Of a stretch of DNA of 32,000 bases, positions 9,461-17,238 are shown one piece after another. The stretch is from sequence record MN734436.1. One strand, written 5' to 3'. Numbering within the stretch: the first letter of the stretch is position 1; every line of letters starts with the position of its first letter. A program made the translations under genes and the position numbers. Under the pieces are notes generated by a model that worked only from the letters and a program-made list of their open reading frames with translations, did not search any database and had not been told where the DNA came from. This DNA comes from Aminobacter phage Erebus.

Positions 9461-11527
9461 TCAGGCCGTTTTTTCTTCTTCGACGTCCTCGCCAGCGTCA
9501 TTGTCGCCAGTCAGGCCCTCAAGCAGCTTGTAGGCGCGCTCGATGTAATAGGCGTAGTCCAGGTCTTCTGGGATCCCGTCCGGCATCAGCAGGCACGGGC
9601 GAGCGCCGACGGACCGCGGCACGAAGTTGCCGTTCTTCGCGTTGACGATAGGGCCGCCCGCGTCTGTCGAATAATACCAACGGATCGCTTTGCCGAGATA
9701 CTCGCCGTCCTTGAACGCCCCGCCGTTAACGCGACGGACTTCGATGAACTTGCGGACGTCGGTGCATTCGCGAACTGTCGTTTCCACAGGGGCGCCTTGG
9801 CTCAATGCTAGGATCACGGCCTCTGAGCAGATGTCGCAAGTCGGGTTCCACTTGGGAGGGTACGCTTTCAAGGTCTTACGGAACCAGCCGATGGCCTTGG
9901 CGTGCTGGTACGCGCCGGTTTCCTTCTCGTCGGGCTTCTCATAGAGGGCGATGTAGTTGTTGACGTTGGCCGCATAAACACCCTTGTAATTTTTCGACTC
10001 CATACGCAAGCCGGTATCGTGTTCCCAAATCTTAATGATCTCGGCTTTGCGCTCGAGCATGTGACGCGGACACTTGACCATGATGCCGTCGGTGTTGGCG
10101 CTTACGACGTGGATGCCCTCAAGTTCAAAACGCTCGATGAGCATCAGCAGCGCCAGCTGCCCCGACAGAGTGACCTGGATCATCATGTCGGGGTAGTACA
10201 CGACCGACCAACCGCCGCGCTCACCCGTCTTGCCGAACGTGCCATTGAGCACAATCTTGAGCGTCTCAGCGGTATCCTTGTCGCCCGTGTCCTTAGCCAG
10301 GATGCGGCGGTCGTAGATGCGTTTGAACACCTGCAAGAACGCGGGGCCGATGTTTGGCGGATACATGCCCTGCTGGATGATCAATGACGGGTAATAAGAC
10401 GTCACGTCATTGTCGCTGAGTTCGTAATCATCGCCAGCGAGGTGGACCATCTTCTTCTCTCTCGAGTGAAGACCACCAAGGCCCATGCGATACGTTGATC
10501 CGCCAATGTTGATGTCGAGGCCTTCCAGCTCGTCCGGCATCATGGGCGAGCCCACGCTATCGACCACGAAGTCCAGGCGACGAATAAGATCGAGCACCCA
10601 TTGCATCGTCGGCGACTTGTAAGTGACATAAGCGGGTGGGCGATACCTGAACTTGCGTCCCGGTTCAATTTCCGCCTTCTTAAAGTACTTGACCCCGGTC
10701 AAGCGTTTGATCTCAGTACGGATGACTTCCTCAGCGATCTGAGGATCCGATTTGGATCGAACGTCAACCTTGTACTCCGCGGTGAGCAGTTCGCGGAGCT
10801 TGATTGCCGTCGCGTGGGTATCGAACAACCCACCTGTGTTGTCCAGGTCATTACCCCAATACCAACGCAAGATGGTGATCTGGTCGTCTGTCAACACTTT
10901 GCCGGGTTGGAATGGCAGGTCGGCCATTCGGTGCGCATGAATGCGACCTGCGCAAATCTTGAGCGAAGGGCCGAGCGGGGTCAACTCGATCAAGTCGATA
11001 TTGTCAACGTAAATCTGCTTGAGCTTGTGCTTCTTGTAGAACTCGAACGGACGCATGCCGAAGCCGTTCTCGCCATGGATCAGGTCGTTGACACAACCCA
11101 TGAGACGCTCGGTTCCGTAACCCTCAAGCGTGGCAATCGCCATGGGGATATCGAATGCCGTGTCATTGAAACCGACCACGGTGAAGTTTCGAAGCATCCA
11201 CAGGAAGCGCTCGCGCTCGGGCATTTGCTCGCCGGCCCGAAATTCGAACTTGGCGACTTTCCCTGTCGTGCGATCCTTGAACCCGAGCAGGGCATAATTC
11301 GGATAGTACTCGGTGTCCCAAATCAGCTTGCGCTTGTCACGATGCGCAGTCAAGACGTCATTGTCCGACATCAGATCGAACTTATGCGCCCGTGCCTCTT
11401 CCAGGTTCGGCAGATAGGTATCGAGCAGCCAGATAGGTTCCGGGGGCTCACGCTTGATCTTTTCTTTGGGCTTCCTCGGTTCGACGTAATCGTCCCAGAA
11501 GATGCCGGTGAGATCCCACCGCGCCAT
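9461..11527 (-). CDS. DNA polymerase family B
   Basis: Exo I-like 'WDTEYYPNYALLGF', Exo II-like 'VVGFNDTAFDIP', motif A 'NDVTSYYPSLI', motif B 'LKIVLNGTFGKTG', motif C-like 'SANTDGIMV'. Confidence 0.85.
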   Translation of the reverse strand: MARWDLTGIFWDDYVEPRKPKEKIKREPPEPIWLLDTYLPNLEEARAHKFDLMSDNDVLTAHRDKRKLIWDTEYYPNYALLGFKDRTTGKVAKFEFRAGEQMPERERFLWMLRNFTVVGFNDTAFDIPMAIATLEGYGTERLMGCVNDLIHGENGFGMRPFEFYKKHKLKQIYVDNIDLIELTPLGPSLKICAGRIHAHRMADLPFQPGKVLTDDQITILRWYWGNDLDNTGGLFDTHATAIKLRELLTAEYKVDVRSKSDPQIAEEVIRTEIKRLTGVKYFKKAEIEPGRKFRYRPPAYVTYKSPTMQWVLDLIRRLDFVVDSVGSPMMPDELEGLDINIGGSTYRMGLGGLHSREKKMVHLAGDDYELSDNDVTSYYPSLIIQQGMYPPNIGPAFLQVFKRIYDRRILAKDTGDKDTAETLKIVLNGTFGKTGERGGWSVVYYPDMMIQVTLSGQLALLMLIERFELEGIHVVSANTDGIMVKCPRHMLERKAEIIKIWEHDTGLRMESKNYKGVYAANVNNYIALYEKPDEKETGAYQHAKAIGWFRKTLKAYPPKWNPTCDICSEAVILALSQGAPVETTVRECTDVRKFIEVRRVNGGAFKDGEYLGKAIRWYYSTDAGGPIVNAKNGNFVPRSVGARPCLLMPDGIPEDLDYAYYIERAYKLLEGLTGDNDAGEDVEEEKTA

Positions 11528-11773
11528 TTAGTAATTCTTCTCAACAATCATGAATTGTTCATTGACATCCACGACGTGCCAACCGTACTTGGTGGCCATG
11601 ATGCCTTTCGCGTAACTCAGCATGACCCGCCCGAACTTGACGGCGTAACCACCCTTGCCGTCGTGGACCAGGATGTCGCCCGCTGGGTTGATAACGTCGC
11701 CGGGCTTCGGGAATCGAAACTTCGGCGCGCCAGTCGACAACTCGAGCTTCTCTTGCTTCGGCTTCTTGGTCAT
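11528..11773 (-). CDS. Hypothetical protein
   Basis: Start M-TKKPKQEK at 11773 overlaps the upstream stop (ATGA); abuts the polymerase gene. Confidence 0.5.
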   Translation of the reverse strand: MTKKPKQEKLELSTGAPKFRFPKPGDVINPAGDILVHDGKGGYAVKFGRVMLSYAKGIMATKYGWHVVDVNEQFMIVEKNY

Positions 11774-12741
11774 ACCCTCTGCCCCACTAGTGCGCCCCGC
11801 AACGCCCCGCCTTGAAACATGCAAGGACGCGGATACGCGGTCCAATCGATTGTCTTCGCCACCTCGCCGAGGATCATCAGCTGGTGGTGGTGATACGCCT
11901 GCATTTCTAGCATGCCGGTCGCCGGCACGTCAACGCTCGTCCCTTCGTCTTCGTGCTGCGATGTCGATATTTTATCGGCGCTCAGGTAGACCGATCCGGA
12001 TTCGCCGAGGAAGGGTTTCAGCTTGGCGACGGATTCGAAAAACTCCGGGTGGAACTCCTGCTGCGCCCCTGTGGACGCGTCAAGGATCTGTGCCATGCGA
12101 TCTGTCGGCCACGATGCGCCCTCCAGCAGGGCTGAGCGCATCCAACGCTTCTCGCCAAACCAAAACGAGATCGACCGGTCGGTGATTTGAACCCGGGTGG
12201 GCTTCTCGCCAATGCGGATCAATTCGTTGACGGCGACAGCAGGGATCACCATATCGAAAGGCAAATCGGTGCCGTGCCAATACTCAACCAGCATGACGTT
12301 GTTTGTGGCGAATGCCGACGCTCCGCGCAGCTTGACGCCCATTGCCCAAGGGCGTGACGCGTCAACGCTCATGACGGGGGAAACGGCTGTGATTGCGTCG
12401 AGAAAATTGGGACCGAGCTCGACGCTATCGCCCTCCGGGTAAACGAAGTAGGCGTGCTCCTCTTGCAGGCAATCAACGAAGGATTTGAATGATCCCGACC
12501 GCACGGCAAGCTTGCCAGCAGGCGTCATGTTGAGCGCGATGGTACCAGGACACGCCTTGACTGCCGAGATCAACTTGGCAGCGTTCGGTTGAATGTCCAG
12601 GTCAACATCGATGTCGGTCGACAGGGCGACAATGCCATTGAACCCGGTGACGCGACCGTCCTGGATCTTGAAGTGTGTCAGCTCTTGGACGAAGTCTTTC
12701 TTCGCTACGGCTGAGGCGACGAAGCGCAGCGCGTCAAGCAT
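11770..12741 (-). CDS. Beta sliding-clamp-like protein (DnaN-like fold)
   Basis: MLDALRFVASAVAKKDFVQELTHFKIQDGRVTGFNGIVALSTDI...; the three-part clamp-like pattern and adjacency to the polymerase support it. Fold not verified. Confidence 0.6.
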   Translation of the reverse strand: MLDALRFVASAVAKKDFVQELTHFKIQDGRVTGFNGIVALSTDIDVDLDIQPNAAKLISAVKACPGTIALNMTPAGKLAVRSGSFKSFVDCLQEEHAYFVYPEGDSVELGPNFLDAITAVSPVMSVDASRPWAMGVKLRGASAFATNNVMLVEYWHGTDLPFDMVIPAVAVNELIRIGEKPTRVQITDRSISFWFGEKRWMRSALLEGASWPTDRMAQILDASTGAQQEFHPEFFESVAKLKPFLGESGSVYLSADKISTSQHEDEGTSVDVPATGMLEMQAYHHHQLMILGEVAKTIDWTAYPRPCMFQGGALRGALVGQRV

Positions 12742-12946
12742 TTTGTGCCAACCATTCTTCAACGAAAGGTACAATCAAAGATTCCCCTACCTCCTGGTCC
12801 TCGCAATCACACGCGAAAGCGATAAGGTCCAAAGCAATGTCTTCAGCACTGGACCCGTGAAGCTGCTCGCCCGGTTCGAAGTACCCGTTCTCTTTCGCCG
12901 CGTCAAGATTGTCGAAAACAATCTTCTTGAGTTCGGAATTTGACAT
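12734..12946 (-). CDS. Small acidic hypothetical protein
   Basis: MSNSELKKIVFDNLDAAKENGYFEPGEQLHGSSAEDIALDLIAFACDCEDQ...; AAGGA upstream; overlaps the clamp-like gene start. Confidence 0.5.
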   Translation of the reverse strand: MSNSELKKIVFDNLDAAKENGYFEPGEQLHGSSAEDIALDLIAFACDCEDQEVGESLIVPFVEEWLAQNA

Positions 12947-12959
12947 TGACCCGTCCTTG

Positions 12960-13154
12960 TCACATTTCATTTAACGCCTCCGCTATAACGTCAAGCAACT
13001 CGAGGTTGGTCATGGCGTTGATCTTCTCTTCGGCTTCCGGGATCGCCTCGCGGGTCTTCGCAGGCCAAGCCCGCCACCCTTCGTTATGCTGCACTCGGGG
13101 TCGTGCTATCTCACGCGCAACCTTGTTAACACAAATCTTCCTGAGATCAATCAC
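12960..13154 (-). CDS. Small hypothetical protein
   Basis: 64-aa ORF filling the gap between flanking genes on the same strand. Confidence 0.4.
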   Translation of the reverse strand: MIDLRKICVNKVAREIARPRVQHNEGWRAWPAKTREAIPEAEEKINAMTNLELLDVIAEALNEM

Positions 13155-13165
13155 CGGGGTTTCCT

Positions 13166-14068
13166 CTAGAATAGACGCTGTTCAATGGTCTCGAACTTGT
13201 CGCCTTCCCAAACCTTTGCCTCGGCATACTTTGGGAAAGCCCATGCGTTCCAGGCCCATCGCGAATAGTATAGGTCACGAAGACGGTCGGGGTCACCTCC
13301 CATACTTCGGATCTCGTTCTCAATTGCGAGCGTCTCGACAGGCGCGACGCTGTCCAGATGCTGACCACGCTGCTTGCGCCGGCTCGACTTGTTTGACACG
13401 TCGACCTGGCCCGCCTTACCTGGAATCAGGATCATGCCGTTGGCGGCCCATTGCACCCACGTTGACGAGTCCACAGAATACCAAGGGTATCTGAACATGA
13501 GCGGCAGCGAGGTCAAGCCGAAGCCGTGGATCTTGATCTTCGGTGTTCCATCGGCATGTGTGAGATGCTCGTCCCAAAGACGGTCAAGCCAAATGCGTAG
13601 CTGGGGTGTTGAGATTGGGACCATGCCGCCAATTGTTATGTACTCGTAATTGGCCACGTAGTAGTCCAGAACCTCGGTTGGTTCACCATAGTGGAAGCAC
13701 GGAAGAGGCCTAACTCCACGACTTTCCATCTCGGTTTGATTGCGCCAGGTTCCATCGCAATCCCCGATGGCGTCGAGAACGGACACGAACTCGATGATGT
13801 CTTCATTGCGGTGGCAATAGTCGCAGAATCTTCCGATGTCAATTGCAACCCCTTGTGTGTATGCCGAGAAGGCGCCGCTGTCCAGGAACACGCGGACGCC
13901 ATCACGGCGGATCTTGTCAACGTAACGCTGCGAGTGGATGTAGTGGTAGGATTCCAGGTAGTTCGCGCAGCTGTCGCGCATGGCGCGCTCTTCGTCGGTC
14001 AGGCGCGCATAAACGGTCCCGAGCTTGTCGAAGTTCGACGTGTAAATGCCGGCATTAAAAAGGCGCAC
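13166..14068 (-). CDS. dpdA: DpdA-like DNA-guanine transglycosylase (TGT-fold) for 7-deazaguanine insertion
   Basis: 'GVRVFLDSGAFSA', 'VLDAIGD', 'IGGMVPISTPQLRIWLDRLW', 'KIHGFGLTSLPLMFRYPWYSVDSSTWV' are characteristic of phage DpdA/TGT-like proteins. The complete preQ0 pathway lies just upstream. Confidence 0.8.
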   Translation of the reverse strand: MRLFNAGIYTSNFDKLGTVYARLTDEERAMRDSCANYLESYHYIHSQRYVDKIRRDGVRVFLDSGAFSAYTQGVAIDIGRFCDYCHRNEDIIEFVSVLDAIGDCDGTWRNQTEMESRGVRPLPCFHYGEPTEVLDYYVANYEYITIGGMVPISTPQLRIWLDRLWDEHLTHADGTPKIKIHGFGLTSLPLMFRYPWYSVDSSTWVQWAANGMILIPGKAGQVDVSNKSSRRKQRGQHLDSVAPVETLAIENEIRSMGGDPDRLRDLYYSRWAWNAWAFPKYAEAKVWEGDKFETIEQRLF

Positions 14069-14069
14069 G

Positions 14070-14366
14070 TCATGCCACCCGCTTCTTCGGGATCAACATG
14101 AACTCGCAGCCTTCGGGAATGATGACCATGCGATGCTTGAGCGCGTGAAGCAGCTCTTCCATATCGACCACGGTAGGGCAAGCCTTGCCGTGCCGCCAGC
14201 GTGAGATTGTCACATGCGTAGTCTTAGTCTTGAGACCCAGTGCCTTGCCCGTCTCACCCAAGCTGTCCGCCAAGTTGAAGATCTCTTGAACCGTCGGCGA
14301 AGCCGATTGCGGAGGCTTCGCGTTGAAGTGTTTGAGGTTTTCGACTTTACCTGGGTGTTTGCGCAT
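14070..14366 (-). CDS. Small HTH (XRE/Cro-like) protein
   Basis: 'TGKALGLKTKTTHVTISRWRHGKACPTVVDMEELLHAL' fits a helix-turn-helix pattern; ends 1 nt before the dpdA start. Confidence 0.6.
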   Translation of the reverse strand: MRKHPGKVENLKHFNAKPPQSASPTVQEIFNLADSLGETGKALGLKTKTTHVTISRWRHGKACPTVVDMEELLHALKHRMVIIPEGCEFMLIPKKRVA

Positions 14367-14386
14367 CTCGTCTTTCTCTCGGTTGA

Positions 14387-14410
14387 TATCGGGGCGCCGA
14401 AGCCCCGATA
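14387..14410. promoter_or_regulatory. 9-bp perfect inverted repeat in leader of HTH-dpdA unit
   Basis: TATCGGGGC-gccgaa-GCCCCGATA, adjacent to an extended -10 like TTGC-TATACT on the minus strand. Confidence 0.55.
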
Positions 14411-14430
14411 GTATAGCAAGCCACGCCCGA

Positions 14431-14658
14431 TCATCCGTTGGCGACTTTTAGGTTCTTCAGCGCCTCGTTCCAACGGTTGATGGAGCCTTGACGATGCTGA
14501 CCCTCCATGACGGCGGCGTCTGCGAAGTCTGCTGAAGTTGCTTCGGGGAAGTCGTCCATGACGAACCAAGCGGCTGACCGGAGAGCGTTAGCTCGGGTTT
14601 CGTCACCCGTGAAGCGGTCAAGTTCTTCGCGAATGATCATCTGAATCTGTTCAAGCAT
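14431..14658 (-). CDS. Small hypothetical protein
   Basis: 75-aa ORF preceded by AAGGAACCCCTCCG-ATG and a TTGACA-N17-CATATT promoter-like pair (14686-14714). Confidence 0.55.
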   Translation of the reverse strand: MLEQIQMIIREELDRFTGDETRANALRSAAWFVMDDFPEATSADFADAAVMEGQHRQGSINRWNEALKNLKVANG

Positions 14659-14710
14659 CGGAGGGGTTCCTTGTTCTGATGACGCAATATGAACCCCTCC
14701 GGTTTAGATG

Positions 14711-15307
14711 TCAAGAGGCGAGTTTGAGGAACTCGGCCCGAGGTTCACCGGCTTTCAGCACACCCCGGAGGGCGCTGGTTATCGTGTGATGACCCTGCTG
14801 ACAGATACCCCTGCTCTCCATGCACATATGCCGGGCGCGCACGATGACGCCGACGCCTTTGGGCCCAAGCTCACTGTGGAAGAGCGCATCCGCGATTTCT
14901 CCCGTCAAACGCTCCTGGACCTGCAAGCGGCGTGCGAATATGTCGGCGATGCGCGACAGCTTCGACAGGCCGAGAACTCGCCCATTGGGGATGTAAGCAA
15001 TGGTCGCCGTGCCGAAGATGTCGGCCAGGTGATGCTCGCACTTAGAGTAGATCGGGATGTCTTTGACCATGACCATTTCATCATAGTTCTTTTCTTCGAA
15101 AGACTTAATCACTTCGGCGGGGTCCATGTCATAACCCCGCGCCCATGTGCGCCACGCCTTGGCGAAGCGTGCCGGCGTCTCGAGCAAGCCTTCCCGGGTT
15201 GGGTCTTCGCCAATCGTAGCGAAGAGGGCTTCTACAACCTGCTCAATGGGGTTGCGCGGCGTCTGAAAGTTGGACAGCGTCACCAGATCATTTGCAAGCT
15301 TGTTCAT
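14711..15307 (-). CDS. folE: GTP cyclohydrolase I
   Basis: 'YSKCEHHLADIFGTATIAYIPNGRVLGLSKLSRIADIFARRLQVQERLT' and 'RHMCMESRGI': zinc Cys/His residues and active-site motifs intact. Confidence 0.95.
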   Translation of the reverse strand: MNKLANDLVTLSNFQTPRNPIEQVVEALFATIGEDPTREGLLETPARFAKAWRTWARGYDMDPAEVIKSFEEKNYDEMVMVKDIPIYSKCEHHLADIFGTATIAYIPNGRVLGLSKLSRIADIFARRLQVQERLTGEIADALFHSELGPKGVGVIVRARHMCMESRGICQQGHHTITSALRGVLKAGEPRAEFLKLAS

Positions 15308-15690
15308 TGCATCGCACCTAGTTCGAATAGCGCCCCGTCAAGGGTCGCGGTTGTGAAGTACGCATGGTGCCTGAGCCAAGGGCTCGCAGCGGCCGGATCT
15401 TCGACACCCCATGCGATTACAGGGATGTTGGTTTGGAAAGCGAACAACACTTCCATTGCGGTGCCCCAGGATGGGCGACGTGCATCCACAAGGAGCGCAG
15501 ACGACTTGAGGACGGCGCGGAAGTCGAGCTTGACGACTTCGTGGTCATCCATCGTGCTCGCTTCGATCAGCATCGGATTGATCACCTCGAACCCGAGACC
15601 GAGCAACCTGTCGGTGGCCGCTTCGCGCCATCCCTTGGCATTGGCAGAGCCCGTGATGGGCCCAGCTAGGTAAATGACCGTCGTCTTCAT
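15304..15690 (-). CDS. Nucleoside 2-deoxyribosyltransferase-like protein
   Basis: 'VIYLAGPITGSANAKGWREAATDRLLGLGFEVINP', 'LLVDARRPSWGTAMEVLFAF': NDT-fold signature (YLAGP...; GTAxE). Confidence 0.8.
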   Translation of the reverse strand: MKTTVIYLAGPITGSANAKGWREAATDRLLGLGFEVINPMLIEASTMDDHEVVKLDFRAVLKSSALLVDARRPSWGTAMEVLFAFQTNIPVIAWGVEDPAAASPWLRHHAYFTTATLDGALFELGAMQ

Positions 15691-16142
15691 GCTACGGACC
15701 CCGTGAAGATAGCCGAGTTGGCGCCGTGCTCTTTCACTTCCACAGAGGCTACGCGCACCCGCCAGCTTTCACCGGTCGTGGCGAGCCACGCTTCTGCGCG
15801 CTTAAAAATGTACTCGGCGAACGCCTCACAGCCGACGGCATCCAAGTACATGACCTGAGCGAGACCGTTAATGTGTAGGAAGTGGAGCGTTTCGACTTCC
15901 GGATCATCGGTCGCCACTACCAGCTTGTGGTCGAATGTATCTTCCAGGATTTGTTTGAACGCCTTGAGATCGCCAAAGTCGATCACCCAATTGCGCTCAT
16001 CCAGTGTGTCGGCTTCGAACTCGACGCGGACAGCGAGAGCGTAACCGTGGATGAACCGGCAATGAGATTTCGCGCGCCATTGCCGGAAGGCGCACGAGAG
16101 TCCAATCTCGTGCCCGTAAGTCTTGGTACTACGATACGTCAT
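15687..16142 (-). CDS. queD: QueD / 6-pyruvoyl-tetrahydropterin synthase family
   Basis: 'SHCRFIHGYALAVRVEF', 'NWVIDFGDLKAFKQILEDTFDHKLVV', 'VASVEVKEHGANSAIF'. Confidence 0.85.
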   Translation of the reverse strand: MTYRSTKTYGHEIGLSCAFRQWRAKSHCRFIHGYALAVRVEFEADTLDERNWVIDFGDLKAFKQILEDTFDHKLVVATDDPEVETLHFLHINGLAQVMYLDAVGCEAFAEYIFKRAEAWLATTGESWRVRVASVEVKEHGANSAIFTGSVA

Positions 16143-16984
16143 CAGACGTAGTCCTCCTGCCGAAGCGGAAAGCCGGCCGCAACGAGTGCTGTGCCCGAGT
16201 AATTCTCAGTGCATGGCATGCTCATGAGCCCTTCGCTCACTGCGCGCATGACCAATGGGTCCGGCACGCCGGCCTGCTCAAACCCATGAGCGCGGAGGAC
16301 CGATGCGTGATCCTTGCCGGTCGGCGGGTACTTGCCGTCGTATGCCGTATGCGAGAAGGCGAGAGCAGGGTAGGTCGCCGGCAGCTGTATGGCGAGCATG
16401 ATGCTTTGCGCCTTGCTCAGGTCCATCAGCGGCGCAAGCACGCGGAACTGCCCTCGGTGAACACCCTCCGGGTCTTCAAGGCCCAGCGCTTTGTTGATGG
16501 TGACTTCTGCCGAGTGAATGAACGTGTCGCGACAATCGGGGTAGTTCGCATTGTCGGCTTGGCAGACCCCGGTGACCAGATTGCCGCAATCGGCTGCGAC
16601 GGCACGGTTGGCGGCGAGCATGAGGAAGACCGCATTGCGCATGGGAACGAAAGTCTTCTCGACGCGGTCACCGATGATAGCTTCCATTTCGTCGTGGTTG
16701 TCGTAAGTTTCGAGTGTAGCGCCCGGATCCGTCAAGGGTGACGTGCTGACCAGCAGCTCGCCGGTCATATTGATCACTTCGTGCTCGATATGGCGATGCG
16801 TCGCCAGAATGAAATGCTTGACGACTGCGCGAGCTGCCTCGAGTTCGATGGAGTGGCGCTGGCCATAGTTGAACGTGACGCAATGGACGCGCTTGAAGTG
16901 CTCGAGCGCCCATCCGAGGCAGGTGGTTGAATCCTGGCCACCCGACAGGACGACCATTGCGGCGTTGCGATTGGGAAGAGGCAT
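16142..16984 (-). CDS. queC: QueC-like 7-cyano-7-deazaguanine synthase
   Basis: 'VVLSGGQDSTTCLGWAL' (PP-loop), 'HCVTFNYGQRH', 'KTFVPMRNAVFLMLAA', 'TGVCQADNANYPDCRDTFI'. Confidence 0.93.
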   Translation of the reverse strand: MPLPNRNAAMVVLSGGQDSTTCLGWALEHFKRVHCVTFNYGQRHSIELEAARAVVKHFILATHRHIEHEVINMTGELLVSTSPLTDPGATLETYDNHDEMEAIIGDRVEKTFVPMRNAVFLMLAANRAVAADCGNLVTGVCQADNANYPDCRDTFIHSAEVTINKALGLEDPEGVHRGQFRVLAPLMDLSKAQSIMLAIQLPATYPALAFSHTAYDGKYPPTGKDHASVLRAHGFEQAGVPDPLVMRAVSEGLMSMPCTENYSGTALVAAGFPLRQEDYV

Positions 16985-17238
16985 CAGCTGGGTTCCTTGA
17001 GATTAAGCTTGAAGAAATCTTGGGTATCAACATCACTCGGAAGGATGATGTTGCACAGGGCGAACGACCGCCGCGCGTCTTTCGTATGACACCGCCCGCT
17101 GATGAACCATCCGGGCTGGTGACCGTACTTCGGATTGACCTTGCGCATATGCAAGAACTCGATGGAATCAACGTCGACCGTTCGTATCGATATCTCGCCC
17201 CGGTGATTCTTGTACCTGAAAGATATTGTTGCCATCAT
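16984..17238 (-). CDS. Small WYL-like C-terminal domain protein in que operon
   Basis: 84 aa: 'ISFRYKNHRGEISIRTVDVDSIEF...GHQPGWFISGRCHTKDARRSFALCNI'; 4-bp overlap with queE and 1-bp overlap with queC. Confidence 0.6.
   Translation of the reverse strand: MMATISFRYKNHRGEISIRTVDVDSIEFLHMRKVNPKYGHQPGWFISGRCHTKDARRSFALCNIILPSDVDTQDFFKLNLKEPS

Noticed and set aside
10601-11815. 404-aa plus-strand ORF
   Set aside because: Exactly antisense to the well-supported family B polymerase gene; low-complexity His/Arg/Val translation typical of GC-rich antisense frames.
14708-15673. 321-aa plus-strand ORF
   Set aside because: Antisense to folE and the NDT-like gene, both of which have clear motifs.
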